DNA from: Nitrospirota bacterium
Lineage (GTDB): Bacteria; Nitrospirota; UBA9217
DNA length: 64,000 bases
Direction of reading: 5' to 3'
NCBI GenBank assembly: GCA_963737155.1
Contig: CAVTRN010000001.1
Location: 1,056,001 to 1,120,000 of the forward strand
In this document: in pieces, positions 10,535-19,947 of the stretch
How the letters are laid out: the number at the start of each line of letters is the position of its first letter
How positions within the stretch are numbered: the first letter of the stretch is position 1
Translations under genes and position numbers: made by a program
Notes under the pieces: generated by a model
Told to the model about the DNA's origin: nothing
The model's input: the letters and a program-made list of their open reading frames with translations, nothing else
Databases searched by the model: none

Positions 10535-11422
10535 ATGAAAAACCCAGTTCATGTTAATAAAGAGTTCATCAAGGTACACCCTTGTTTTACCGAGGAGGCG
10601 CATGAGAAGTTCAGCAGAGCCCATCTGTCAGTTGCGCCTGCATGCAATATCCAATGCCGCTATTGCGTCAGAAAATTCGACTGCGCCAATGAGTCCCGGC
10701 CCGGGATAACGAGCAGGGTCTTGACGCCGGACGAGGCGGTCGATCGCACCCGGGTGCTTGTCGAGCGGAGTGACCGCCTGAGCGTGATCGGGATCGCTGG
10801 CCCCGGAGATCCGCTTGTGAATGCGCCGACGTTCGTCGTGCTCAAGCACATCAACTGGGAATATCCGGACCTCACGCTTTGTCTTTCCACGAATGGCCTC
10901 CTCCTGCCTGACAAGCTGGAGGAGCTTCTCAAATCGGGCGTCCGCAGCTTGACCGTCACGATCAATGCCGTGAACCCTGAAATTGCTGAGAAGATCTATT
11001 CCTGGGTCAATTATCATGGGCGGCGATATGAGGGAAAAGATGCTGCGGAACTGCTCCTGGCGAACCAGTGGCGGGGGCTGGAGGCCGCGATCGATGCCGG
11101 TTTAATCGTCAAGATAAACACCGTCTTCATCCCCGGTGTCAACAACGGTGAACTGCCCCTTATTGCAGAGCGGGCCGGGAAACTCGGCGCGGATCTTATG
11201 AACATCATACCCCTTATCCCGCAAGCCGAGTTTGCCCACCTCGCGCGGCCGTCTCATGCTGAGCTCAACAGGATGAGGGAGCAGTGCAGGCCGCACATCC
11301 GGCAGATGACGCACTGCAAGCAATGCCGGGCCGATGCGTGCGGCATCCTCGGTGAGGACAAGGACATGGAACTCGAAGTGCTCATGCAGCGGATCGGCGA
11401 GGAATACTGCGAATCGGTGTAA
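10535..11422 (+). CDS. nifB: NifB radical SAM FeMo-co biosynthesis protein (stand-alone rSAM domain)
   Basis: HPC, CNIQCRYC, ESRPG, AGPGDPL, C-terminal CKQCRADACG; no NifX-like C-terminal domain. Confidence 0.93.
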   Translation: MKNPVHVNKEFIKVHPCFTEEAHEKFSRAHLSVAPACNIQCRYCVRKFDCANESRPGITSRVLTPDEAVDRTRVLVERSDRLSVIGIAGPGDPLVNAPTFVVLKHINWEYPDLTLCLSTNGLLLPDKLEELLKSGVRSLTVTINAVNPEIAEKIYSWVNYHGRRYEGKDAAELLLANQWRGLEAAIDAGLIVKINTVFIPGVNNGELPLIAERAGKLGADLMNIIPLIPQAEFAHLARPSHAELNRMREQCRPHIRQMTHCKQCRADACGILGEDKDMELEVLMQRIGEEYCESV

Positions 11423-12174
11423 TGATCATGGAACAACAACTTGCGCATACTGAACAAGAGCGCTACCGCCGCCAGTTGATGCTGCGAGGATTTACGGCTG
11501 ACCACCAGCGGTGGCTCAGAAATTCCACCGCACTTGTCGCCGGCGTGGGCGGACTCGGCGGCACCGCGGCGCTCTATCTCGCCGCCGCGGGTGTTGGCAA
11601 GCTGATCCTTGCGCACTCGGGAAATCTGACACTTTCGAATATGAACCGTCAGATTCTGATGAAGAACAGCGGGATAGGCAAGAGCAGGGTTGTCCAGGCG
11701 AAAAAAACTATCCAGGAAATGAACCCCGATACCGATATTGAGGTGCGGGACGAAAGGATTACAGACGGCAATGTCGGGCCTCTGCTTCGCACGGCGAAGG
11801 TAGCCTTGTCCGCACGGCCGAATTTTGACGAACGCAGGATCCTGAACCGCGCCTGTATTGAAAAGGGCGTTCCCATGGTGGAGGCGGCGATGAACGGGAT
11901 GGAAGGATATATCTTTAACGTTATTCCCAGGGTGACGTCCTGCGTTCATTGTGTCTACCCCGAGGACGATCCATCATGGGAGGAGCTGGGTTTTCCAGTC
12001 CTTGGAGCTGTATCGGGTATGCTCGGGTGTATGATGGCGATTGAAGCGATCAAGCTGCTAACCGGATACGGAAAGCCACTGATTTCCGAAATGCTCCTGT
12101 TCAACACCTTGGATATGGATTTCCGGAAAGTAAAGATTCCCCGGAATAACCGTTGCCAGGTTTGCGGGACATGA
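11422..12174 (+). CDS. hesA: HesA/MoeB/ThiF family adenylyltransferase
   Basis: RYRRQ, GVGGLG, HSGNLTLSNMNRQ (HesA-like variant), two CxxC motifs; coupled to nifB. Confidence 0.8.
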   Translation: MIMEQQLAHTEQERYRRQLMLRGFTADHQRWLRNSTALVAGVGGLGGTAALYLAAAGVGKLILAHSGNLTLSNMNRQILMKNSGIGKSRVVQAKKTIQEMNPDTDIEVRDERITDGNVGPLLRTAKVALSARPNFDERRILNRACIEKGVPMVEAAMNGMEGYIFNVIPRVTSCVHCVYPEDDPSWEELGFPVLGAVSGMLGCMMAIEAIKLLTGYGKPLISEMLLFNTLDMDFRKVKIPRNNRCQVCGT

Positions 12175-12356
12175 TAGATGCGAGAGCTCTTAGACTCACT
12201 GTTGAAGTGAAGAGGGGAGTGGTCCATGATGGCCATGGGTAGCTGATATTCACAACAGCGACCTTTTTATAGCTTTTTCTGATCGGGAAAGAAAATGCCC
12301 ATGACAGGGAATGATTGCAGCTTACCCGGCGTTCGCCACGGCCGCGCAACAGGCCG

Positions 12357-12980
12357 CTATAATTTTATTTCGTTGTACGAGGTATATATGAACAGGGTAA
12401 AGTCGTTCGGGATGCGGTCATGCCTTAGGACGACAGACGGGGACAGGGTTTCAATAGCGAATTTTACCATGTCCTCAGGTGACGTAAAATTGAGCTCCGC
12501 ATCCTTGACCGGCGAGTGTGACGAAAGGGCGCTCAGGGCCATTGCCTTGTTGCAATGCTTGAAGAGCGTAATGAGCGCGTTCCGAAGGTCGTCCTGGACG
12601 CCTGGCACCCGCAGGTTGAAGACCCCGCAGATGAAAATATAATCGTAATACCCTTCCAGATCTTCGTCGTCGATGTCCATCACCCTGAACGTACATTCGG
12701 GATATTTCTTCTTTGCCGCATTGATGAAGTTTTCGTTGATGTCGACGCCAGTGTACTGGACATTGATGCCCCGACGCTTCAGAAATTTATAAAAATCCGC
12801 CATACCACAGCCATAATCGAGGATCTTCTGGCTGTTCAGGTCCGGAGCGATATCTAGAAACGTGTGGTAACGCCTGAGTTGCCCTTGCGGTGTCCAGCGA
12901 AGCGCCTCCGGCCGGTCGCCAAATTTTTTATAATGCATATTGTAAAACGATAACAACTGCTCCTTTGAAAAGGGATCCAT
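12357..12980 (-). CDS. Class I SAM-dependent methyltransferase
   Basis: ILDYGCGMAD motif I, YTGVDIN motif; SD GGAGGG before ATG at 12980. Confidence 0.88.
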   Translation of the reverse strand: MDPFSKEQLLSFYNMHYKKFGDRPEALRWTPQGQLRRYHTFLDIAPDLNSQKILDYGCGMADFYKFLKRRGINVQYTGVDINENFINAAKKKYPECTFRVMDIDDEDLEGYYDYIFICGVFNLRVPGVQDDLRNALITLFKHCNKAMALSALSSHSPVKDAELNFTSPEDMVKFAIETLSPSVVLRHDRIPNDFTLFIYTSYNEIKL

Positions 12981-13100
12981 ATTCCCCCTCCATGCCGTCA
13001 TTGTACTTTATCAGTCGGACGAAAACAAGTAGGTGCGAATTATTGCCGCGCTCTTTTAACGAAACAACATATCCCGATATGGTGGTATAACTCTTTTTTA

Positions 13101-13129
13101 TTGACAAACGTTTTGAGTTGTCTTATCAT
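13101..13129 (+). promoter_or_regulatory. sigma70-type promoter of nuo operon
   Basis: TTGACA-17 nt-TATCAT, 61 nt upstream of nuoA. Confidence 0.65.
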
Positions 13130-13190
13130 GCATGCGCTTGAGAAGTTATGATAATTTAAAATTTAATACCAGCGTAACAGGGAGAAGCGT

Positions 13191-13555
13191 ATGACTCCAA
13201 GCAGCTATCTTCCGGAACACTTTTTGCCCGTAGTGGTGTTTCTTCTTCTAGGTACCGTGGTAGGCCTTGGGATGCTATTCGCCAGCTGGATTCTCCGGCC
13301 GCGAAATCCTTACCCTGAAAAGCTCGTCACCTATGAGTCCGGCATCATCCCCTTCATGGACGCCCATCAGAAGTTCTCCATCCGGTATTACATCATCGCA
13401 ATGCTGTTCCTCATCTTCGATATAGAAGCCGTGTTCCTCTATCCCTGGGCAGTAGCGTACAACTATTTAGGTCTCTATGGTTTTGTGGAAATGGTGATCT
13501 TCGTCGCCATCCTGGTCGTGGGGTACGTTTACGCATGGAAGAAAGGGGCCCTCGA

Positions 13556-13565
<10 letters not shown>
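13191..13565 (+). CDS. nuoA: NADH-quinone oxidoreductase subunit A
   Basis: YESG loop, [22 protein letters not shown]. Confidence 0.96.
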
Positions 13566-14035
<470 letters not shown>

Positions 14036-14121
14036 TAAGACACGAATAGCTAAATACCGCAAACAGAAATAGGAACCACGCACCACGAGCGTTCAGCAGG
14101 TGCGCTTGGGAACGAGGAAGT

Positions 14122-14592
14122 ATGGACCCCTCTCAGATCGCAAAGATGGTAGAAGAAAAATTTCCCGACCAGGTCCTTGGGATATTGAATTATGCCGGAC
14201 AGGTTGGAATTTTGCTCAGGAAGGACAGGATTCAGGACATCTGTCTCTTCCTCCGTGATGAACCCTCCCTCCGGATGGATCACCTCGCCGACCTCGCTGC
14301 TGTTGATTATTCGAAGTATCCCGGCGATGCGGGGCCTCGATTCGAGGTTGTCTACAACATGATTTCCATGGTGCATCACCACCGGATTCGCCTGAAAGTG
14401 AGGGTTACGGAGGAGGACCCACGGGTGGATTCGATTTCCTCGCTCTGGCACACGGCCGATTGGCATGAACGCGAGGCTTTCGACCTCATGGGGATCAAGT
14501 TTGACGGCCACCCCGACCTTCGCAGAATCCTGATGCCTGAGGATTGGGAGGGGCACCCGCTCAGGAAGGAATATCCACTGAAAGGATATTGA
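14122..14592 (+). CDS. nuoC: NADH-quinone oxidoreductase subunit C
   Basis: ADWHEREAFDLMGIKFDGHPDLRRILMPEDWEGHPLRKEYP. Confidence 0.96.
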   Translation: MDPSQIAKMVEEKFPDQVLGILNYAGQVGILLRKDRIQDICLFLRDEPSLRMDHLADLAAVDYSKYPGDAGPRFEVVYNMISMVHHHRIRLKVRVTEEDPRVDSISSLWHTADWHEREAFDLMGIKFDGHPDLRRILMPEDWEGHPLRKEYPLKGY

Positions 14593-14703
14593 TAAAACAA
14601 GTCCAAAGTGCAAAGCACTAGAAGGATTTCCATCGCGGAAAGATTTTATATTGCTTTTTGATTTGAACTTTGGATTTCGAAATTTGTCATATATGGTGAT
14701 TTT

Positions 14704-15897
14704 ATGTCCGCTACTGAAACCAAGGAAATAGTTCAAAAAGAAATTACTCTGAACATGGGCCCGCAACATCCGGCCACGCACGGTGTTCTGCGGCTGGTTG
14801 TCGATCTCCGGGGAGAAACCGTGGTCGGCTGCGATCCTCGTCCCGGCTATCTTCACCGCGGGATTGAGAAATGGATGGAGAGCAGAACCTATCACCAGAT
14901 CATTCCCATGACGGACCGGCTGGAGTACATCACTGGAATGAACAACAATCTCGGCTGGGTTGTTGCGGTGGAAAAGCTCGCTGGCATCACGGTTCCCGAA
15001 AGGGCACAATTCATCAGAACGCTGACCGCCGAGCTGTCCCGGCTTTCGGGCCACCTGGTGTGGCTCGGCACCCATGCGCTCGACATCGGTGCCATGACGG
15101 TCTGTATGTATACCCTGCGCGAACGGGAGCTTGTCCTCGATCTCCTGGAAATGGTGACAGGGGCGCGACAGACCGTAAGCTATGCTCGAATCGGCGGCGT
15201 GCGCAACGACGTGCCGCGTGACTTCATCGACAAGTGCAGAGAGTTCACGGAAATCTTCCCGAAGCGTCTTGAGGATTACGATACGCTCATCCGGCAGAAC
15301 CGCATCTGGCTGAAGCGTACCGTGGGCATCGGCGTAATGACAGCAGAAGAGGCGATCAACTATGGATTGACCGGAGGTTCCCTGCGCGGATCGGGTGTGA
15401 ACTATGATCTCCGAAAAGTGGAGCCTTATGCAGCCTATGACAAGGTTGAGTTCGATGTCCCTCTCGAGAAGGATGGCGATGTCTATGCCCGATACGTTGT
15501 GCGTATCAATGAGATGCGTCAGAGCAACCGGATCATCAAACAGTGCCTCGACATGATGCAGCCCGGTCCCATAACGACCGATGACACGCGTTATGCCATA
15601 CCGGAAAAAGTGAACGTGATGCAGAGCATGCAGTCGCTTGTGCACCAGTTCGTGATTATGAGCAAGTGGGTTCCCATGCCCAAGGGAGAAGTATATGTAG
15701 CCACTGAAGCGCCGAAGGGCGAACTCGGTTTTTATATTGTAAGTGACGGGAGCGGCAGACCCTATCGCGTCAAGATCCGTGCCCCATCGTACGTGCATGT
15801 GAGCGCCCTGCCGAAAATGGTGACCGGCCATATGGTGGCGGATGTGATCGCCTGTATCGGAACCATTGATATCGTGCTTGGTGAATGCGATCGGTAA
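14704..15897 (+). CDS. nuoD: NADH-quinone oxidoreductase subunit D
   Basis: NMGPQHPATHGVLR, GYLHRGIEK, DRLEY, EAPKGELG, DIVLGECDR; no NiFe CxxC pairs. Confidence 0.96.
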   Translation: MSATETKEIVQKEITLNMGPQHPATHGVLRLVVDLRGETVVGCDPRPGYLHRGIEKWMESRTYHQIIPMTDRLEYITGMNNNLGWVVAVEKLAGITVPERAQFIRTLTAELSRLSGHLVWLGTHALDIGAMTVCMYTLRERELVLDLLEMVTGARQTVSYARIGGVRNDVPRDFIDKCREFTEIFPKRLEDYDTLIRQNRIWLKRTVGIGVMTAEEAINYGLTGGSLRGSGVNYDLRKVEPYAAYDKVEFDVPLEKDGDVYARYVVRINEMRQSNRIIKQCLDMMQPGPITTDDTRYAIPEKVNVMQSMQSLVHQFVIMSKWVPMPKGEVYVATEAPKGELGFYIVSDGSGRPYRVKIRAPSYVHVSALPKMVTGHMVADVIACIGTIDIVLGECDR

Positions 15898-15913
15898 GCA
15901 AGAGGGAAACCGC

Positions 15914-16270
15914 ATGAAACTAAGAGAGATTGCCAGTCTTCTCCAGGCGCAGGTGCTTGTCGGAAATGGCCTCCTTGATGAAATCGAAGTGGACCAGTGC
16001 TTTAGTGCGGACCTGATGAGCGATGTGCTTGGCCGCTCGTATGCGAACGGCATCCTGATCACGGGGCTTACGAACCCCCAGGCGGTGCGGACTGCCGACA
16101 TAGCCGACATCAGGGCGGTCTGCGTCGTGCGTGGGAAACTGCCGGAACCAGACACTGTGGCATTGGCTAAACAGAAGGAAATCCCGCTTTTCACCACGAA
16201 GCTGACTATGTTCGAGGCCTGCGGTATTCTCTATCAAGGCGGCCTCAGGGGGGTTGCCGAACGGCAATAG
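15914..16270 (+). CDS. Small DRTGG-domain protein
   Basis: FSADLMSDVL, LITGLTNPQAVRTA, VRGKLP, TMFEACGILY: pattern of stand-alone DRTGG proteins from [FeFe]-hydrogenase operons. Confidence 0.8.
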   Translation: MKLREIASLLQAQVLVGNGLLDEIEVDQCFSADLMSDVLGRSYANGILITGLTNPQAVRTADIADIRAVCVVRGKLPEPDTVALAKQKEIPLFTTKLTMFEACGILYQGGLRGVAERQ

Positions 16271-16274
16271 GCTG

Positions 16275-17228
16275 ATGGCATTGCAGGGAAAAGAGCCGGA
16301 CACTCTGGACAGGGTGACCAAGACACAGGAAATGGCCTATGAGGTCACCGTCGGCGAGGTAATGGCCCCCAAGATGGTGACTGTAAGCCCGGAGCAGACC
16401 ATGGCGGAGTTCAGGTTTATTCTCCGGGACAACCGAATCTCCGGAACGCCGGTGGTCGAGTACGGCAGGCTCGTGGGCATGGTCAGTATTGAAGACTTGA
16501 TCAACGCTCTGTATGACAACGCTATCAATGCTCCCATCCGGGAGAGAATGAAAACAAATGTTCAATGTCTCTATGACGACGAACGCCTCGTTCACTGCAT
16601 CGCCAAATTTTCCAAGCTGGGATACCGACGGTATCCCGTACTGAACCGGAAGGAAGAGCTGGTCGGCATCATCACCAAGGGGAGTATTGTCGAGGGACTG
16701 CTCAAGATGCTTGAAATGGAGTATGAGCAGCATGAGACAAATACAGCCATTACTCGCCAGCGGCCCACGGTGCGAAAGTTCTTTGAAGATGTGACGGCCG
16801 ACGATATCAGCTTCACATTCAAATACAATGTTGCTGGGCAATCCCTGAAGGTGGCGGGTAAAGCTGCGAGCGAGCTGAAAAGCGCACTAAAAAAATTAGG
16901 TGTCTGTCCTCCGCTTCTCCGAAGAATCGGAGTGGCAACCTATGAAGCGGAGATTAATCTCGCATCCTATACCAAAGGGGGAGAGATTCGTGCCCAGGTA
17001 GAGAAATGGGGGGTCACGATAGAAGCTGTCGATTACGGACCAGGGATTCCCGATATCGAGCTGGCCATGCAGCCGGGATATTCCACGGCGCCTGACTGGG
17101 TGAGGGAGCTGGGTTTCGGAGCGGGGATGGGCCTGGTAAACATGAAGAAGTGCGCCGACGAAATGACCCTGAAATCCACTGTACCCGACGGAACGCACCT
17201 GACCATGCAATTCTATTATACAACGTGA
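16275..17228 (+). CDS. CBS-pair fused to RsbT/anti-sigma-factor-like Ser/Thr kinase (HATPase_c)
   Basis: Two CBS repeats (ISGTPVV..GRLVGMVS; RYPVLNRKEELVGIIT) followed by YEAEIN, DYGPGIPDIELAMQPGYSTA, GFGAGMGL. Confidence 0.85.
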   Translation: MALQGKEPDTLDRVTKTQEMAYEVTVGEVMAPKMVTVSPEQTMAEFRFILRDNRISGTPVVEYGRLVGMVSIEDLINALYDNAINAPIRERMKTNVQCLYDDERLVHCIAKFSKLGYRRYPVLNRKEELVGIITKGSIVEGLLKMLEMEYEQHETNTAITRQRPTVRKFFEDVTADDISFTFKYNVAGQSLKVAGKAASELKSALKKLGVCPPLLRRIGVATYEAEINLASYTKGGEIRAQVEKWGVTIEAVDYGPGIPDIELAMQPGYSTAPDWVRELGFGAGMGLVNMKKCADEMTLKSTVPDGTHLTMQFYYTT

Positions 17229-17316
17229 TCCCGTGGCTGGGATCGTTCGAGTGCTAGCGGGGAGCATCGTGAAAGGAACCTGCGCTGATCGCCGGAGGGG
17301 CTTCATAGAGTCAGAC

Positions 17317-17658
17317 ATGACCCTGAATGATTTAGTAAAAGAATTCGATCTTCAAGTGAAAGCTGGCACCGGCCTTCTCGACCGGGAAGTTGCCGGTGGA
17401 TATGTAAGCGATCTTCTTTCGGATGTGCTAGCCCACGCCGAAGATGGGGTTCTGTGGGTCACGCTCCATGTTCATCAGAACATTGTCGGCGTGGCTTCTC
17501 ACAAAGGGTTGGCGGGCATCGTGCTGGTGCAAGGAAGAGTTCCCGAAAAAGATACGGTGGCAAAGGCCGAAGAAGAGGAGATCCCGATTATGGTCACCGA
17601 CCTTTCGGCCTTCGAATTCGTAGGCAGGCTCTATAAGGCGGGGATCCGTGGCGCTTAG
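17317..17658 (+). CDS. Small DRTGG-domain protein (second copy type)
   Basis: GGYVSDLLSDVLA, LWVTLHVHQNIVGVA, KAEEEEIP. Confidence 0.78.
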   Translation: MTLNDLVKEFDLQVKAGTGLLDREVAGGYVSDLLSDVLAHAEDGVLWVTLHVHQNIVGVASHKGLAGIVLVQGRVPEKDTVAKAEEEEIPIMVTDLSAFEFVGRLYKAGIRGA

Positions 17659-18394
17659 GCGCATAAAGGCCGATCTGCACGTGCATACCTGCCTGTCCCC
17701 TTGCTCCGGTCTTGATATGTCGCCTCGTGAAGTGGTGAGCGCAGCGATGCGCAAGGGAATGGATCTGATCGGTGTGTGCGATCATAATTCGGCGGAAAAC
17801 GTTCTAGCCGTAAAAAAAGCAGGCGAGCGGAACGGTCTGATGGTGCTCGGCGGGATGGAAATCGCTTCTTCCGAAGAAGCGCACATCCTGACGTTCTTTG
17901 ACGATGACGACGATCTCCTAGTTTTCCAGGAATACGTCTATGAACACCTCGAGGGCAGAAATGATGAGCGTGCCTTTGGCCTGCAGGTCATCGCCGATGA
18001 TGAAGACGGCGTGACCGGTTTTTGTGACCGCCTCCTGATTGCAGCGACAACGCTTCCCGCGGAAGCAATCGTCGCGCAGGCGCGCGCGGCAAGAGGCGAG
18101 AGCCTGGTGATCGCCGCGCATGTGGACCGCGAATCTTTCAGCATTATCGGTCAGCTTGGATTCATCCCACCTTCGTTGGCCTTGGATGCCGTTGAAGTCT
18201 CAGCACACATGAGTGTGGACGAGGCGAGAAAGCGTTTTCCTGATTGCAGACACTACCCGGTGATTACCGGTTCCGATGCGCACGGGCCCGAGGACATTGG
18301 TAAACGATTTACCTGCTTCACCGTTGACGGTGGTACGGCGTCTGAAATCAAAAAGGCGCTTGCGGGCAGGGACGGTAGGAAGGCGGTATGCTGA
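17648..18394 (+). CDS. PHP-family metal-dependent phosphoesterase
   Basis: DLHVHTCLSPC, CDHNS, GMEI, AAHVDR, GSDAH. Confidence 0.9.
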   Translation: MALRRIKADLHVHTCLSPCSGLDMSPREVVSAAMRKGMDLIGVCDHNSAENVLAVKKAGERNGLMVLGGMEIASSEEAHILTFFDDDDDLLVFQEYVYEHLEGRNDERAFGLQVIADDEDGVTGFCDRLLIAATTLPAEAIVAQARAARGESLVIAAHVDRESFSIIGQLGFIPPSLALDAVEVSAHMSVDEARKRFPDCRHYPVITGSDAHGPEDIGKRFTCFTVDGGTASEIKKALAGRDGRKAVC

Positions 18395-18398
18395 GGCG

Positions 18399-18935
18399 GT
18401 GGAAGATATCTCGCTCCATATTCTCGATATCGCCGAAAACTCAGTCCGCGCCGATGCTAGAACAATAGAGATCACGGTAACGAGGGATATTCGGCAGGAT
18501 TTGCTTTTGGTCGAAGTAATCGACGACGGCAGGGGAATGGATTCAGCGACGCTTGCGAGGGTCCGGGACCCGTTCTTTACAACGAAGCACAAGAAAACCG
18601 GCTTGGGAATTCCACTTCTGTCCCAGACAGCGGAGCAGGCTGGCGGGAAAGTAACGGTAGAGTCCGCGCCGGGAAAAGGGACGAAAGTACTGGCCATCTT
18701 CGGCTGGAGCAACGTAGACCGGCCGGCGATCGGAAACGTGGCCGATACACTGATGACCCTCATAGCGGGGCATCCTGATCTCGATATCGTTTATACCGAA
18801 CAGGATGGCGAGCGGGTTTTCCATTTCGACACACGGGAGATTAAGAGCGAGCTCGAAGATGTCCCGATCAGCGCACCGGAGGCGCTCAGCGCGGTGCGAG
18901 ACCTGCTGCGGGAAGCGATACGAATCAAACAGTAA
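18399..18935 (+). CDS. Stand-alone histidine-kinase-like ATPase (HATPase_c, no DHp domain)
   Basis: DISLHILDIAENS (N box), DDGRGM (G1), DPFFTTK (F), GLGIPL (G2); GTG start. Confidence 0.85.
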   Translation: MEDISLHILDIAENSVRADARTIEITVTRDIRQDLLLVEVIDDGRGMDSATLARVRDPFFTTKHKKTGLGIPLLSQTAEQAGGKVTVESAPGKGTKVLAIFGWSNVDRPAIGNVADTLMTLIAGHPDLDIVYTEQDGERVFHFDTREIKSELEDVPISAPEALSAVRDLLREAIRIKQ

Positions 18936-18963
18936 TATTTTACGGGAGCGGAAGAGGTAGATC

Positions 18964-19476
18964 ATGAGTAACGATGCTGTTGCACAGCCGCCTGTCAGTG
19001 AAGATGTGGATATCATAACGTCAGATATGTACCAAAAAATCGACGTGATCATCGAAAAGTACAAGGACAAACCCGGTTCGCTCATCCCGGTACTCCAGCA
19101 GGCGCAGGATGTTTGCGGCTATCTACCCCATATCGTTCAGCGTTATATCGCGAAGGGGCTCAAGATGTCGCCGAGCGTGGTTTTCGGCGTAGCAACCTTC
19201 TATTCCTTCTTCACGCTGGTACCTCGCGGCAAGCACGTGATTCGCGTCTGTCTCGGAACGGCATGCTACGTGAAGCGAAGCGAGGAAATTCTCGATAAAA
19301 TTAAGGACGAGCTGGATCTTGAGGTCGGAGAAATCACGAGAGACAAGAAATATTCCCTGGAAGCTGTGCGATGCCTCGGCGCCTGCGGCCTAGCCCCCGT
19401 TGTGGTTGTGGGCCAGGATACCTACGGCGACGTGGTAGCCACAAAAGTTATGGACATTATCAAGAAGTACGAATAA
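18964..19476 (+). CDS. nuoE: NuoE/HndA/HydC-like [2Fe-2S] subunit
   Basis: GVATFYSFF, CLGTAC and CLGAC motifs. Confidence 0.9.
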   Translation: MSNDAVAQPPVSEDVDIITSDMYQKIDVIIEKYKDKPGSLIPVLQQAQDVCGYLPHIVQRYIAKGLKMSPSVVFGVATFYSFFTLVPRGKHVIRVCLGTACYVKRSEEILDKIKDELDLEVGEITRDKKYSLEAVRCLGACGLAPVVVVGQDTYGDVVATKVMDIIKKYE

Positions 19477-19500
19477 AAGTACGGAAAATACAGGTGAGCC

Positions 19501-19884
19501 ATGGCTAAACTGACGATTGCAGACTTGAAAAAAATCAAGGAAAATTATCACGCGAACCAGGCGCTGCGCGAGGGCGGTTTCCGCGTAAAGGTCACTGTAC
19601 ACATGGGGACCTGCGGGATTGCCGCTGGCGCCCGGAGCATCATGAACGTGGTGATGGAAGAAATGGCGAAATCCAATCTGAAGGATGTCGCGGTCACCAC
19701 GTCGGGCTGCGCCGGACTCTGCAGTAAGGAACCCATGGCAACCATCGAACTTGCCGGCGAACCGCCCGTGAAGTATATCTCTCTTACGGAAGACAAGATG
19801 CGTAAAATTTTTGCCGAACATGTCATCGGCGGGAAACCGGTGGCTGACTTTGCCCTGGTTATGGGGCATGAGACGACGTATTAA
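19501..19884 (+). CDS. HndB/HydD-like thioredoxin-fold [2Fe-2S] ferredoxin
   Basis: VHMGTCGIAAGAR, SGCAGLCSKEP, EHVIGGKPV. Confidence 0.85.
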   Translation: MAKLTIADLKKIKENYHANQALREGGFRVKVTVHMGTCGIAAGARSIMNVVMEEMAKSNLKDVAVTTSGCAGLCSKEPMATIELAGEPPVKYISLTEDKMRKIFAEHVIGGKPVADFALVMGHETTY

Positions 19885-19891
19885 GACGTCG

Positions 19892-19936
19892 GTTTGAACC
19901 GTTCGGACTGCACAAACAGCTTAAACTGCTAAATGG
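19892..19936. repeat. Degenerate 9-nt tandem repeat (GYTTRAACY-like)
   Basis: gtttgaacc gttcggact gcacaaaca gcttaaact gctaaatgg. Confidence 0.55.
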
Positions 19937-19947
19937 AGTAAGATATC

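Noticed and set aside
14050-16197. 715-aa minus-strand ORF
   Set aside because: Antisense shadow of nuoC-nuoD-DRTGG with no recognisable motifs. The same applies to the many shorter antisense and alternate-frame ORFs across nif and nuo.
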